A stretch of 64,000 bases of DNA, from NCBI GenBank assembly GCA_965215365.1, contig CBDCDS010000003.1:1120001-1184000 (forward strand), read 5' to 3'. Positions within the stretch are counted from its first letter, which is position 1, and the number at the start of each line of letters is the position of its first letter. Position numbers and translations under genes: made by a program. Origin of the DNA: Gammaproteobacteria bacterium (GTDB lineage Bacteria > Pseudomonadota > Gammaproteobacteria > Eutrophobiales > Eutrophobiaceae). The notes beneath the pieces were generated by a model. It saw nothing but the letters and a program-made list of their open reading frames with translations, searched no databases and was not told where the DNA came from. This document shows, piece by piece, positions 40,263-55,046 of the stretch.

Positions 40263-41664
40263 CCGCGGCAAAGGCCAGTACCACCCACAGGTGACGCTCA
40301 AACAGATATGATGCAGTCAGGTTGGCTGCCAACATACCTGTAAATGCACTGCAAAATACAGCCTTCCATATAATGGTTTCACCGGACATATTCGGGGTAC
40401 GTTGAAACAGCAGGATGAATGTATATGCCAACAGCGCAGCCAATGGAATGGTTCCCAGTAATCCTGACTCGGATAACACCATCAGATAACCGCTGTGTGG
40501 ATCGGTAATTTTCGCGTCAGGAATACGAGCAAGCACCTCATTTGTAGAAGTGCCAAATCCGCTGCCCCCTAATGGATGTTCCAGAAAAACTTCCAGCGCG
40601 ATTTTCCAATTTCTCTGGCGACCTGAGTCTATGGTCATTCCCTTGTAGCGATTAGCGCGCCTGGCAATGATTTTATCCGGCATCGCCGCAGTTGCGGGCT
40701 TGGCGGTAGCGGCCGAATTCTTGTCGCACAGGCCGAAGTTAAGCGCATGGGACGATAATATGCGTGACAAGGAATCATTCTGGACGATTCGTTCCAGCGA
40801 AGTGACGCCAACGGGCAGCAGCCACAGCAGCAGGAATACCCCTGCCAGAATCGCCGAACCTGTAACTGCATAACCGCAGGCAGCTTTCCATGACCTTGTA
40901 TTGATCACGAAAAAGGTTAGACATGTTATCAGAACCGCCAAGGTTCCTGATCTGGAGCCGCTGAGAATGACCCAGAAAATAATCAGGATCATCATTAGCG
41001 CGGCAAGCGCTTTAGGAAGCAGGCGCTTGGATGTTTGTATCAGACCCATGCCTAATGCGATCGGCAGGATAGCGTAGAATGCCAGCCTGTTGGTGCCGTA
41101 CAGGTCGTCGATCGTTAAATGGCCCATGCGCAAATGGTTTATTTCTTTGCAAAAGTCATGCGAGACGTGCCATTGCTCGTCCAGCATTGTCAGGTCAATA
41201 CCAGAGTAATATTCAATCAGCATCAAAATAAACAGGAGGGCAATCGAACCCGAGGTCACCCAGGCAAAAAGTGTGAGCGTCGCTTTTCTGCGCATGGTGT
41301 CGATTACCACCGCCATGATCAAAAGGAAAGTGATTTTCTGCCCCAATGAAAGAAGGGAGGGATAGGAATGATCGCCCCATACCATGGTGATAGTCAGGCT
41401 GAGTACAAACAGGGCAGCGAGTTGCTGGGTCCGGGTGCCCAATACTGCGGTATTTGCCAAGCCTCTTATATCCCTGGTCTGAATGTATGTCGCCACAAGA
41501 AACAGGCAACAGATAGCAAGTGTCAGAATGTTGCCGACAATCCCCCAGTGGGCTATGATTACGCCTTGAAATGCGGCTTGAATCATCAGGATGTAACCCG
41601 GCAGCCATGGCTTTGACAGCAATACATCAAATGCCTGCCTGGGTAAGTTCACAAGCCTGTTCAT
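40228..41664 (-). CDS. O-antigen ligase / Wzy_C family protein
   Basis: LSGSRSG, GRQRNW...FLEHPLGGSGFG, PHSGYLMVLSESGLLG; ATG at 41664 preferred. Confidence 0.82.
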   Translation of the reverse strand: MNRLVNLPRQAFDVLLSKPWLPGYILMIQAAFQGVIIAHWGIVGNILTLAICCLFLVATYIQTRDIRGLANTAVLGTRTQQLAALFVLSLTITMVWGDHSYPSLLSLGQKITFLLIMAVVIDTMRRKATLTLFAWVTSGSIALLFILMLIEYYSGIDLTMLDEQWHVSHDFCKEINHLRMGHLTIDDLYGTNRLAFYAILPIALGMGLIQTSKRLLPKALAALMMILIIFWVILSGSRSGTLAVLITCLTFFVINTRSWKAACGYAVTGSAILAGVFLLLWLLPVGVTSLERIVQNDSLSRILSSHALNFGLCDKNSAATAKPATAAMPDKIIARRANRYKGMTIDSGRQRNWKIALEVFLEHPLGGSGFGTSTNEVLARIPDAKITDPHSGYLMVLSESGLLGTIPLAALLAYTFILLFQRTPNMSGETIIWKAVFCSAFTGMLAANLTASYLFERHLWVVLAFAAVIEVWKREGNV

Positions 41665-41713
41665 GGCCCCTTGATTACCGGGAGTGTGTGTTAAATTGTC
41701 GGTTGGCATAGTC

Positions 41714-43738
41714 GTGACAAAGAAATTCAAATTACATGCTGATTTTTCCCCGGCGGGCGATCAACCGGAGGCTATTACGCAATTATATCATTCGATCTGC
41801 GGTGGTATTGCCCGACAGACGCTGTTGGGCGTCACCGGTTCCGGTAAGACTTTCACCATTGCCAACCTGATCGAAAAAATTCAGCGCCCGACTCTGGTGT
41901 TGGCACCAAACAAGACGCTGGCGGCGCAGCTGTACGGCGAGATGCGCGAGTTTTTCCCTGACAACGCCGTGGAATATTTCGTATCGTATTACGACTATTA
42001 CCAGCCGGAAGCCTACGTGCCTTCCTCCGATACTTATATCGAAAAAGACGCGTCCATCAACGAACATATAGAACAGATGCGCCTGTCCGCCACCAAGGCC
42101 CTGCTGGAACGTCCGGATGCTGTGATCGTTGCCACCGTGTCTGCTATCTTCGGTCTGGGCGACCCCCAGGCCTACCTGAAAATGGTGTTGCACCTGGACC
42201 AGGGCGAGCGTATGGAACAGCGTTTCATGCTGCGCCGTCTGGCCGATATGCAGTACACCCGCAACGAGGTGGAGCTGCGCCGCGCCACCTACCGGGTGCG
42301 CGGTGATATCATCGACATTTATCCCGCCGAGTCCGAGCGCGAGGGCATACGGGTGGAATTGTTCGATGACGAGATCGATTCTATCTCTATCTTCGACCCG
42401 CTCACCGGCGAGATTCACAAGCAGGTGCCGCGCATCACCATTCATCCCAAGACCCACTACGTCACCGAGCGCCAGATCGTGCTGGATGCCATCGAGGCCA
42501 TCAAGGAAGAACTTGTGCAACGCCTGGAGCAGTTCCGGCAGGCCAACAAGCTGGTCGAGTTGCAGCGCTTGGAGCAGCGCACCCGCTTTGATCTGGAAAT
42601 GATGATGGAGATTGGTTATTGCACCGGGATTGAAAACTACTCCCGGCACCTGTCCGGCCGCCGCCCGGGGGAGCCGCCGCCGACACTGTTTGACTATCTA
42701 CCGCACAATGCTCTGCTGGTGGTGGATGAAAGCCATGTGACTGTTCCACAACTGGGCGCCATGTACCGCGGTGACCGTTCGCGCAAGGAAAATCTGGTGG
42801 AATACGGTTTCCGCCTGCCTTGCGCGCTGGACAACCGGCCGCTACGGTTTGATGAATTTGAGCATCTGGCGCCGCAGACAATATTTGTCTCCGCAACGCC
42901 CGGACCTTATGAACGGGAACGCTCTGACGAGATCGTCGAACAACTGGTGCGCCCGACCGGCCTGATCGACCCGGCAGTGGAAATACGACCGGTGGCAACC
43001 CAGGTGGACGACCTGTTGTCGGAAATTCGCCTGCGTGAACAGCGTAACGAACGCGTGCTGGTTACCACGCTCACCAAGCGTATGGCCGAGGATCTGACCG
43101 ATTATCTGGCCGAGCATGACGTCAAGGTACGTTACCTGCACTCCGATGTCGATACAGTAGAACGCGTGGAGATCATCCGTGACCTGCGCCTGGGCGTATT
43201 CGATGTGCTGGTCGGGATTAACCTGTTGCGCGAGGGGCTGGATATGCCGGAGGTATCTCTGGTAGCCATCCTAGATGCCGACAAGGAAGGTTTTCTGCGT
43301 TCCGAGACCACCTTGATCCAGACCATCGGCCGCGCCGCCCGCAACATCAACGGCCAGTCCATTATGTATGCTGATACGGTAACCGGCTCCATCGAACGGG
43401 CGGTACGGGAAACCGAACGGCGTCGCGAGAAACAGCAGCGCTTTAATGAGCAGCACGGCATTATCCCGCAGGGCATTCGCAAGGCGGTCACTGATATTCT
43501 GGAAGGCGCTTACCGCGATCAACGCACGCAACCGCGCCGTTATGCCAAGGTGGCCGAACCGCGCGCTGCTTATGCGGAATTGCCGCCCGACCTGCTGGTG
43601 AAAAAAATCGGGCAGTTGGAAAAACAGATGTATCAACATGCCCGCGACCTGGAGTTTGAACAGGCGGCGGAACTACGCGACGAGATCGCCCGCATCCGGG
43701 AGTTCTCTCTGGAAATCCACGACAGCAAAGCCGGCTGA
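41714..43738 (+). CDS. uvrB: Excinuclease ABC subunit B
   Basis: [31 protein letters not shown]-terminal UVR domain. Confidence 0.97.
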   Translation: MTKKFKLHADFSPAGDQPEAITQLYHSICGGIARQTLLGVTGSGKTFTIANLIEKIQRPTLVLAPNKTLAAQLYGEMREFFPDNAVEYFVSYYDYYQPEAYVPSSDTYIEKDASINEHIEQMRLSATKALLERPDAVIVATVSAIFGLGDPQAYLKMVLHLDQGERMEQRFMLRRLADMQYTRNEVELRRATYRVRGDIIDIYPAESEREGIRVELFDDEIDSISIFDPLTGEIHKQVPRITIHPKTHYVTERQIVLDAIEAIKEELVQRLEQFRQANKLVELQRLEQRTRFDLEMMMEIGYCTGIENYSRHLSGRRPGEPPPTLFDYLPHNALLVVDESHVTVPQLGAMYRGDRSRKENLVEYGFRLPCALDNRPLRFDEFEHLAPQTIFVSATPGPYERERSDEIVEQLVRPTGLIDPAVEIRPVATQVDDLLSEIRLREQRNERVLVTTLTKRMAEDLTDYLAEHDVKVRYLHSDVDTVERVEIIRDLRLGVFDVLVGINLLREGLDMPEVSLVAILDADKEGFLRSETTLIQTIGRAARNINGQSIMYADTVTGSIERAVRETERRREKQQRFNEQHGIIPQGIRKAVTDILEGAYRDQRTQPRRYAKVAEPRAAYAELPPDLLVKKIGQLEKQMYQHARDLEFEQAAELRDEIARIREFSLEIHDSKAG

Positions 43739-43764
43739 AGCCGTTGGAACCGAAAAAAACAATC

Positions 43765-46700
43765 ATGAAACTACCCATTTCCATCACCGACCTGCTGATC
43801 CTGGCCCTCACCCTGGCAGTGATCATCATCCTGCTGACCAACCGAGGCGTTGAGGTAGGTTATGACCTGTATGGCGGCGCCGATGCCGATACGCTCATCG
43901 GCGATGCCGGCGATAACCTTATCTGGGGCGGCGCCGGCGCCGACGTCATAGATGGCGGAGACGGCATCGATACCTTGGATTACGGCGGTTCGGATGCCGG
44001 TGTCAGGGTGAATTTGGCCGATGGCACCGCCGCTGGCGGTCATGCCGGGGGCGATACTATCACCAATGTTGAAAATATCTGGGGCTCGGACCTCAGTGAC
44101 GTTCTGACGGGAAACGGTGTCAGCAATACGCTCATCGGTAATTTTGGCGCAGATACCTTGATCGGCGGCGGTGATAATGACCTCCTGCAAGGGGGCGAGG
44201 ATACTGACAAACTACTGGGTGAAGCCGGTGATGACACTCTCGCCGGAGGAGCGGGTGCCGACGTTATTGATGGTGGTGACGGTACTGATACTCTTGACTA
44301 CAGGGATTCCGATGCCGCTGTCAGTGTTGATCTGGGTGAGAAGACCGCCAAAAGAGGCCATGCCCAAGGCGACGTAATTTCCAATATGGAGAATATGCTG
44401 GGTTCTGCGTTTGACGATAATCTTATCGGGGATATCGGCGATAACGTAATTTCAGGTGGACTGGGCGCTGACGTGTTGGATGGTGGCGCAGGTGAGGATA
44501 CTTTGAGCTACAGTCAGTCCGATGCGGCCATTGTGGTGAACCTTATTGACGCCACTGCCATGGGTGGCCATGCTGAGGGAGACCGGATCATTTCTATGGA
44601 ACGCATCTGGGCCTCGGAGTTTGCTGATACTGTTGTAGGTGATGAGAGAAATAATTCTGTTACAGGATTGGCCGGAGCAGACGTTATCGATGGTGGTGCA
44701 GGCGATGACAGCTTGTCAGGCGGTGAAGGAGATGATCATTTAATAGGTGGCCCGGGTGCGGATGGACTCGCAGGTGATGCTGGCGCCGACAGATTGACAG
44801 GTGGAGCCGGAGATGATCGGTTAGAGGGCGGTGGAGGTGATGATGTGCTGCGAGGCGAGTCAGGAAATGACATACTGGCCGGCGGTGCCGGCGCGGATCT
44901 GCTGGATGGTGGTGAGGGTGATGACAGGTTGGACTATCGCAAGTCGGATGCCGGGATAGTAGTGAATTTTGTGGATAATGTGGCTACAGGGGGTCATGCC
45001 GAAGGAGACAGGATTATTGATATGGAAGCCGTTATGGGCTCAGACTTTGCTGATGTATTTGTCGGTGCTGAGGATGCGGATGTTGCCTGGGGTTTTGCAG
45101 GGGCGGATGTATTGACTGGTGGTTCTGGTGCCGATGTGCTGGCCGGTGGCGATGGGGACGATGAGATACGGGGCGAGTCGGGGGATGACAGGCTGGCTGG
45201 GGAAGCAGGTGCTGACAGGCTGGAAGGTGGCCCTGGCGCCGACAGGTTGACGGGAGGGGAAGGAGATGACGGTTTACTGGGTGGGCCTGGGAACGATGTG
45301 CTCACAGGTGAAGCGGGGATGGACATACTCGCAGGTGGTGAGGGCGATGACGTAATGGCCGGTGGTGAGGGTGATGACGAACTACGCGGCGAGTCTGGCA
45401 AAGATTCATTGTCGGGCGAGACAGGGGCAGACTTGTTGGATGGTGGTGAAGGACCTGATAGTTTGTCAGGCGGTGAAGGAGATGATCATTTAACAGGTGG
45501 CCCGGGTGCGGACAGTCTTGCAGGTGGCGCGGGCGCCGACAGGTTGTCTGGTGGGGGGGGAGACGACCATTTACAAGGCGGAGAAGGCGATGATGAGATA
45601 CGAGGTGGGGCGGGAAACGACATGCTGGCCGGCGGTGCCGGCGCGGATCTGCTGGATGGTGGTAAGGGTGATGACAGGTTGGACTATCGCAAGTCGGATG
45701 CCGGGATAGTAGTGAATTTTGCGGATAATGTGGCTACAGGGGGTCATGCCGAAGGAGACAGGATTATTGATATGGAAGCCGTTATGGGCTCAGACTTTGC
45801 TGATGTATTTGTCGGTGCTGAGGATGCGGATGTTGCCTGGGGTTTTGCAGGGGCGGATGTATTGACTGGTGGTTCTGGTGCCGATGTGCTGGCCGGTGGC
45901 GCGGGGGACGACGAGCTACGGGGTGAGGCAGGCGCAGATATACTGAGAGGAGATGCGGGGAATGATCTACTGGAAGGGGGGGCTGGCACTGACAGGCTGG
46001 CTGGTGGTGAAGGTGACGATAAGTTACATGGGGGGGCGGAAAACGATGCGCTCGCAGGGGAAGCAGGTATGGACTTGCTGGTCGGTGGTGAAGGGAATGA
46101 CAACCTGAAAGGTGGTGACGGGAATGACGAATTACGGGGTGAGGCGGGCGACGACATACTGGCGGGTGAATCTGGCGCTGACGATATAGATGGTGGTGAG
46201 GGTATTGATATACTGAGTTACAACACATCAGATGCTGGAGTAGTGGTAAATTTCACAGACAATACGGCCTCCGGAGGCCACGCTGAAGGAGACAGGATTG
46301 CCGGAATTGAGCGCATAATCGGTTCTACTTTTAACGATATTCTCATAGGCGCTGAAGGGGATGATTTGTTATCGGGGCTTGCTGGTGTAGATATTATACG
46401 GGGTGCAGGAGGCAATGACCGTATCTGGGGCGGTGAGGGAAATGATGAACTGTCAGGTGAAGCAGGTGATGACGTATTATCCGGTGAGGCGGGAGCAGAT
46501 AGTATTGATGGGGGTGATGGTTTTGATATCCTCAGTTACACCGAATCAAATTCCGGGGTGGTGGTAAATTTCACAGACAATACGGCTGGTGCTGGTCATG
46601 CGGAGGGAGATCAAATCACCAATATCGAACGGATCTGGGGGTCAAACTTTGATGACAATTTTACCGGTGATGATCGTGATAATTCTATCGCTGGTCTTGC

Positions 46701-47052
46701 CGGCCAGGACCGTCTTGCTGGCGGCGCGGGAGATGATAGCTTGCAAGGTGGCGAAGGTGACGACATAATTTCCGGCGGCCCCGGTGCCGACAAACTGTAC
46801 GGCGGCCCCGGCGCCGACTCCTTTATTTTCACCCCCGGCGACAACAGCGCTGACTTCATTGCCGACTTCGCCGATAACGAAGACCGTATCGATCTTACCG
46901 CTTTCCCTGACCTCTCTTTCACTGACCTGGCAATCTCCGCAGCGGCCGCAGACACCGTCATCGACCTCGCTCCCCATAACGGTGGCCGGATCATATTGCG
47001 TAAGTTCAGTCCTGCCGACCTGGATGCCACTGATTTTATATTTGCCCGCTAG
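43765..47052 (+). CDS. Large RTX (hemolysin-type calcium-binding) repeat protein with N-terminal hydrophobic helix
   Basis: Dozens of GGxGxDxL nonapeptides, recurring GGHAEGD modules, T1SS-like C-terminus (IADF...DRIDL...DFIF). Confidence 0.9.
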   Translation: MKLPISITDLLILALTLAVIIILLTNRGVEVGYDLYGGADADTLIGDAGDNLIWGGAGADVIDGGDGIDTLDYGGSDAGVRVNLADGTAAGGHAGGDTITNVENIWGSDLSDVLTGNGVSNTLIGNFGADTLIGGGDNDLLQGGEDTDKLLGEAGDDTLAGGAGADVIDGGDGTDTLDYRDSDAAVSVDLGEKTAKRGHAQGDVISNMENMLGSAFDDNLIGDIGDNVISGGLGADVLDGGAGEDTLSYSQSDAAIVVNLIDATAMGGHAEGDRIISMERIWASEFADTVVGDERNNSVTGLAGADVIDGGAGDDSLSGGEGDDHLIGGPGADGLAGDAGADRLTGGAGDDRLEGGGGDDVLRGESGNDILAGGAGADLLDGGEGDDRLDYRKSDAGIVVNFVDNVATGGHAEGDRIIDMEAVMGSDFADVFVGAEDADVAWGFAGADVLTGGSGADVLAGGDGDDEIRGESGDDRLAGEAGADRLEGGPGADRLTGGEGDDGLLGGPGNDVLTGEAGMDILAGGEGDDVMAGGEGDDELRGESGKDSLSGETGADLLDGGEGPDSLSGGEGDDHLTGGPGADSLAGGAGADRLSGGGGDDHLQGGEGDDEIRGGAGNDMLAGGAGADLLDGGKGDDRLDYRKSDAGIVVNFADNVATGGHAEGDRIIDMEAVMGSDFADVFVGAEDADVAWGFAGADVLTGGSGADVLAGGAGDDELRGEAGADILRGDAGNDLLEGGAGTDRLAGGEGDDKLHGGAENDALAGEAGMDLLVGGEGNDNLKGGDGNDELRGEAGDDILAGESGADDIDGGEGIDILSYNTSDAGVVVNFTDNTASGGHAEGDRIAGIERIIGSTFNDILIGAEGDDLLSGLAGVDIIRGAGGNDRIWGGEGNDELSGEAGDDVLSGEAGADSIDGGDGFDILSYTESNSGVVVNFTDNTAGAGHAEGDQITNIERIWGSNFDDNFTGDDRDNSIAGLAGQDRLAGGAGDDSLQGGEGDDIISGGPGADKLYGGPGADSFIFTPGDNSADFIADFADNEDRIDLTAFPDLSFTDLAISAAAADTVIDLAPHNGGRIILRKFSPADLDATDFIFAR
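44875..45901 (+). repeat. Intragenic direct repeat, offset 750 bp
   Basis: 44875-45151 versus 45625-45901, two differences seen. Confidence 0.9.
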
Positions 47053-47081
47053 CTTAATTTATTATAGAGTATCCGCTCTGC

Positions 47082-47158
47082 AGGCGCGTAGCTCAGTGGG
47101 TTAGAGCACTACCTCGACACGGTAGGGGTCGTTGGTTCGAATCCAATCGCGCCTACCA
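47082..47158 (+). tRNA. tRNA-Val(GAC)
   Basis: AGGCGCG...CGCGCCTACCA; anticodon arm CTACC-TCGACAC-GGTAG. Confidence 0.93.
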
Positions 47159-47212
47159 CTTTTGGCCTGCGTCCCGGCGCCCCGGGCGCAGGCGAAAATC
47201 CGCAACGTTGAA

Positions 47213-47238
47213 GGGTGCCTCTGAAATCAGAGGTTACC
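47213..47238. repeat. 26-bp hairpin element flanked by TGAA direct repeats
   Basis: GGGTGCCTCTGA-AA-TCAGAGGTTACC. Confidence 0.7.
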
Positions 47239-47356
47239 TGAATATCTTTGCCCCGGCGCCTGCCGACAGGTACAAGCCGGGATAACAAGTGGCCTGTTGT
47301 GGGGGCCACCACTGGTTGCACCCGGACCTCCTGAACGCCCGGGTCAAGGAGACGAT

Positions 47357-49252
47357 ATGCCCGTTATTTCCCTGCCTGACGGCAGTCAGCGCAGTTTTGA
47401 CCAGCCGTTGTCGGTGTTGGATGTTGCCGCGGACATCGGTCCGGGTCTGGCGCGTGCGACTCTGGCCGGCGAAGTGGACGGCAAACTGGTCGATGCTTCG
47501 CACCTGCTCGACGCTGACGCCAGAGTGCGTATCATTACCGCGCGCGACGATGAAGGCGTGGAAATCCTGCGTCACTCCTGTGCGCACCTGCTGGCGCAGG
47601 CGGTCAAGGAGTTGTTCCCGCAGGCACAGGTGACCATCGGCCCCGTCATTGCAGACGGGTTCTATTATGACTTCGCCTTTGAGCGTTCCTTTACCCCGGA
47701 AGACCTGATCGCAATCGAGGAAAAAATGGGCGAACTGGCGCGTCAGGACCTGCCTGTGAGCCGCGCGGTCATGGCGCGCAACGAGGCTATCGCGTTTTTT
47801 CGCGAGCAGGGTGAGGAATACAAGGCGCAGATTATCGAGTCCATTCCCGAAGATGAGGAATTATCGCTCTACCGGCAGGGCGATTTTATCGACTTGTGTC
47901 GCGGTCCGCATGTGCCCGCCACCGGCAAGCTCAACGCGTTCAAGCTGACTCAGCTGGCGGGGGCGTACTGGCGCGGCGACTCCCGCAACGAGATGTTGCA
48001 ACGTATCTATGGCACGGCCTGGCCGGACCGCAAGGCGTTAAAACAACACTTGCAACGTCTGGCAGAGGCGGAGAAGCGCGATCATCGCAAACTGGGTCGC
48101 AAGCTCGATCTGTTTCATTTCCAGGAAGAAGCCCCTGGCCTGGTGTTCTGGCATCCCGATGGCTGGACCTTTTACAACCTCGTCAAGGATTATATTCGCA
48201 GCAAATTGGCGGCCCGAGACTACCGGGAGATCAATACCCCGCTGGTGCTGGACCGCAGCCTGTGGGAAAGATCCGGCCACTGGGACAAGTTCCACAGTGA
48301 CATGTTCACCACCAGTTCGGAAAACCGCGATTACGCCATCAAGCCCATGAACTGTCCCGGCCATATCCAGGTGTTCAACCAGGGTCTGAAAAGCTATCGT
48401 GACCTGCCGCTGCGCTTTGCCGAATTTGGTTCCTGCCATCGTAACGAAGCCTCCGGCACCCTGCATGGACTGATGCGGGTACGAGGGTTCACCCAGGACG
48501 ATGCCCACATCTTCTGCACGGAAGCACAAATCCAGGCCGAGGTGTCCGATTTCATCGATCTTCTGTTCGAGGTCTATGGCGATTTCGGCTTCCATGAAGT
48601 GCTCATGAAGCTGTCCACTCGCCCGCATAACCGCGTCGGGGACGATGCTATCTGGGACCAGGCCGAACAGGCCCTGGAGCAGGCGCTTGAGGCCAAGGGC
48701 GTGGACTGGGAGTTGCAACCGGGCGAGGGCGCGTTTTACGGACCCAAGATTGATTTTTCCTTAAAGGACAGCATCGGCCGTATCTGGCAATGCGGCACTA
48801 TCCAGGCGGACTTTTCCATGCCAGGTCGGCTGGGTGCTCAGTATGTGGGCGCTAACAGCGAGAAAAATACGCCGGTCATGTTGCACCGGGCCATCCTGGG
48901 CTCGCTGGAACGCTTCATTGGTATCATCATCGAGCATTACGCCGGCTCGTTTCCGTTATGGCTGGCGCCGGTGCAGGTGGTCGTGTCCTCAATTACGCAA
49001 CACCAGGCCGACTATGCCCGGTCTGTGGCGCAGGCGCTTGCCACCGAGGGGTGGCGGGTAAATTCAGACTTGAGAAATGAGACGATCAACCTTAAAATCC
49101 GTCAGCACACTTTACAACGGGTGCCTTACCAGTTGATCATCGGCGCGCGTGAGCAGGAAAATAACCGCGTTGCGGTACGTACCCGTGACGGGCAAGACTT
49201 GGGTATGCTGGAATTACCGGCTTTTATCAAGCAGGTGCGTGCAGAGCTGTAA
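47357..49252 (+). CDS. thrS: Threonine--tRNA ligase
   Basis: [31 protein letters not shown]; ATG after AAGGAG. Confidence 0.97.
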   Translation: MPVISLPDGSQRSFDQPLSVLDVAADIGPGLARATLAGEVDGKLVDASHLLDADARVRIITARDDEGVEILRHSCAHLLAQAVKELFPQAQVTIGPVIADGFYYDFAFERSFTPEDLIAIEEKMGELARQDLPVSRAVMARNEAIAFFREQGEEYKAQIIESIPEDEELSLYRQGDFIDLCRGPHVPATGKLNAFKLTQLAGAYWRGDSRNEMLQRIYGTAWPDRKALKQHLQRLAEAEKRDHRKLGRKLDLFHFQEEAPGLVFWHPDGWTFYNLVKDYIRSKLAARDYREINTPLVLDRSLWERSGHWDKFHSDMFTTSSENRDYAIKPMNCPGHIQVFNQGLKSYRDLPLRFAEFGSCHRNEASGTLHGLMRVRGFTQDDAHIFCTEAQIQAEVSDFIDLLFEVYGDFGFHEVLMKLSTRPHNRVGDDAIWDQAEQALEQALEAKGVDWELQPGEGAFYGPKIDFSLKDSIGRIWQCGTIQADFSMPGRLGAQYVGANSEKNTPVMLHRAILGSLERFIGIIIEHYAGSFPLWLAPVQVVVSSITQHQADYARSVAQALATEGWRVNSDLRNETINLKIRQHTLQRVPYQLIIGAREQENNRVAVRTRDGQDLGMLELPAFIKQVRAEL

Positions 49253-49304
49253 TCGGGTATAATCAGGTGTTTGCTTATATATCAGAACCCTGGAGGAACA
49301 TCGA

Positions 49305-49820
49305 ATAGCAATTAAAAAACAGAATCGCGTGAATGAAAAAATCACGGCCGCGCAGGTCAGGTTGATCGGGCCTCAGGGCGGACAGGTCGGTATCGTAGAG
49401 CTGGATGAGGCCATGAGACAGGCAGACGCTGCGGACCTCGATCTGGTCGAGATCGTCCCCAATGCGGAACCCCCGGTTTGCAGGATCATGGACTTCGGTA
49501 AGTTCCTGTTCGAGCAGAATAAAAAAAGGCATGCCGCAAAGAAAAAGCAGAAGCAGACTCAGGTCAAGGAAGTGAAGTTCAGGCCCGGCACCGACGCGGG
49601 GGATTATCAGGTCAAGCTGCGCAATATCGTGCGTTTCGTGGAAAATGGCGACAAGGTAAAAGTCACTTTACGCTTTCGCGGGCGCGAGATGGCCCACCAG
49701 GAGCTCGGCAGCAAGATGCTGGGCCGAATAGAATCGGACATGCGTCAAAGCGCGGATGTGGAGCAAAGAGCCAAACTCGAAGGTCGTCAGATGGTGATGA
49801 TCCTGGCACCGAAGCGCTAG
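49305..49820 (+). CDS. infC: Translation initiation factor IF-3 (non-canonical start)
   Basis: [25 protein letters not shown]; GGAGGA 7 nt before in-frame ATA (ATT at 49311 is an alternative). Confidence 0.93.
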   Translation: MAIKKQNRVNEKITAAQVRLIGPQGGQVGIVELDEAMRQADAADLDLVEIVPNAEPPVCRIMDFGKFLFEQNKKRHAAKKKQKQTQVKEVKFRPGTDAGDYQVKLRNIVRFVENGDKVKVTLRFRGREMAHQELGSKMLGRIESDMRQSADVEQRAKLEGRQMVMILAPKR

Positions 49821-49939
49821 TACTCTTTCCATTTAATGTTGCAACCGTTTCCGGACCTGCTGAACATGGCAATGTCAGGTTGCAAGGGTGCTGCTACGCT
49901 TTCAACCTGATAGAGTACCAAACACTGAAAACTGAAAAA

Positions 49940-50137
49940 ATGCCTAAATTGAAGACAAATCGTGGCGCCGCCAAGCGCTTCAGCAAGACCGCATCAGGCC
50001 GGTACAAGCATCGGCAGTCCCACCGCAGCCATATTTTGACCAAGAAAAGCACCAAGCGGCTCCGCAAGCTGCGCCAGATGCAGTTAATTAACAGGAGCGA
50101 CGAGAAAGCGCTGGCGCAGTTGCTGCCGTACAGCTGA
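49940..50137 (+). CDS. rpmI: 50S ribosomal protein L35
   Basis: [14 protein letters not shown]...HILTKK. Confidence 0.96.
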   Translation: MPKLKTNRGAAKRFSKTASGRYKHRQSHRSHILTKKSTKRLRKLRQMQLINRSDEKALAQLLPYS

Positions 50138-50149
50138 GGAATACCAGTT

Positions 50150-53608
<3,459 letters not shown>

Positions 53609-53630
53609 CCGCCCGTTCGAGAAAATCACA

Positions 53631-53936
53631 ATGACGACACTGACAAAAGCAGATATGGCCGAGCTGCTTCATCTTCAGGATGGCCTGAATAAACGCGAGT
53701 CCAAGGAGTTGGTGGAAATGTTCTTCGAAGAAATTCGCGCGACCCTGGAAGCGGGCAACAAGGTGAAACTCTCCGGCTTTGGCAACTTTGAATTACGCAA
53801 CAAAAATCAGCGACCGGGACGCAACCCCAAGACCGGGGAGGAAATCCCCATCAGCGCCCGGCGCGTGGTCACGTTTCGCCCCGGACAGAAACTGAAAGCA
53901 CGGGTTGAGGCCTATGCTGGAACCGACGCAAAATAG
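53631..53936 (+). CDS. ihfA: Integration host factor alpha
   Basis: [22 protein letters not shown]. Confidence 0.96.
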   Translation: MTTLTKADMAELLHLQDGLNKRESKELVEMFFEEIRATLEAGNKVKLSGFGNFELRNKNQRPGRNPKTGEEIPISARRVVTFRPGQKLKARVEAYAGTDAK

Positions 53937-54270
53937 CGAGTTACCGGCAATCCCCACCAAACGCTACTTCACCATCGGGGAGGTCAGTGACTTGTGTGTG
54001 GTAAAGCCACATGTATTGCGTTACTGGGAGCAGGAGTTTCCACAGCTTAAACCACTGAAGCGGCGCGGCAACCGGCGCTACTACCAAAGGCAGGATGTCA
54101 TCCTGATCCGGCAGATCAGGAGTCTGCTGTATGAGCAGGGCTTCACCATCAGTGGTGCCCGGCATCGTTTGTCGAGCGATGAGGTCAGGGAGGATTCCAA
54201 CCAGAGCCAGCAGATCATCCGCCAGTTGTGCACTGATCTGGAAAAAGTCAGGGACTTGTTGCGGCGGTAG
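53914..54270 (+). CDS. MerR family regulator (ihfA-linked)
   Basis: [26 protein letters not shown]. Confidence 0.92.
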   Translation: MLEPTQNSELPAIPTKRYFTIGEVSDLCVVKPHVLRYWEQEFPQLKPLKRRGNRRYYQRQDVILIRQIRSLLYEQGFTISGARHRLSSDEVREDSNQSQQIIRQLCTDLEKVRDLLRR

Positions 54271-54328
54271 TCGCAAGCAGTTTCCTGCTCCCGTATCTGC
54301 GGGTATTATCATGTTGACAGAAAACGGC

Positions 54329-54405
<77 letters not shown>

Positions 54406-54406
54406 A

Positions 54407-54931
54407 GTCAAACTACTCGCTATCCCCTCGCTTTGCCTGCTCCTGCTCATGTCAGCCTGCGGCATCGAAAAAACCGCGCAACAGGCATTCGAGTCCGGTG
54501 ACTATGTGGTTGCCTACCAGCTGTTCAGAGCCCAGGCTGAAGCCGGCGATGCACAAGCGCAGAATTACCTGGGGGTGCACTACTACTTGGGGCTGGGTGT
54601 GCAACGGGATTGGCAGCAGGCGCTGCAATGGTACGACAAAGCGGCCACGCAGGGAGACTCCCTGGCGCAACTTAATTATGGTTTGATGTTCCAGAACGGC
54701 TATGGCGTCAGCCCCGACATGGTCGCCGCGTTCACCTGGTATTATGCTGCCTACCGGCAGGGCAACGAAACTGCCAGACGTTATCTGGATGCGTTAGCGG
54801 ACGACAACCTGCTCAGTCCAATCCAGATCGATGTGGCCAAGGTCCAGGCGGAACCGTATATCACCAATCCGGTCGTGGCTGCGCCGGCTGCACAGGGTGG
54901 TCTGTTTCGCAACAGGCCAGCTGCCATGTAG
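54407..54931 (+). CDS. Sel1-repeat putative lipoprotein (start uncertain)
   Basis: [34 protein letters not shown]; lipobox-like LMSAC. Confidence 0.75.
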   Translation, partial: VKLLAIPSLCLLLLMSACGIEKTAQQAFESGDYVVAYQLFRAQAEAGDAQAQNYLGVHYYLGLGVQRDWQQALQWYDKAATQGDSLAQLNYGLMFQNGYGVSPDMVAAFTWYYAAYRQGNETARRYLDALADDNLLSPIQIDVAKVQAEPYITNPVVAAPAAQGGLFRNRPAAM

Positions 54932-55005
54932 GGCACCTTGAAGCTGAAGGAGAGCTCCTGCATCCACACCGCTGGCGCATTGAAGCACGGCCCGCTGGCA
55001 CAAAA

Positions 55006-55046
55006 AATCCGGCGCGATCTTCGCATCACTTGGTGAGATATGCGGG
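55006..55046 (-). repeat. MITE end fragment
   Basis: AATCCGGCGCGATCTTCGCATCACTTGGTGAGATATGCGGG followed by TTAA, which contains the next gene's stop codon. Confidence 0.8.
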
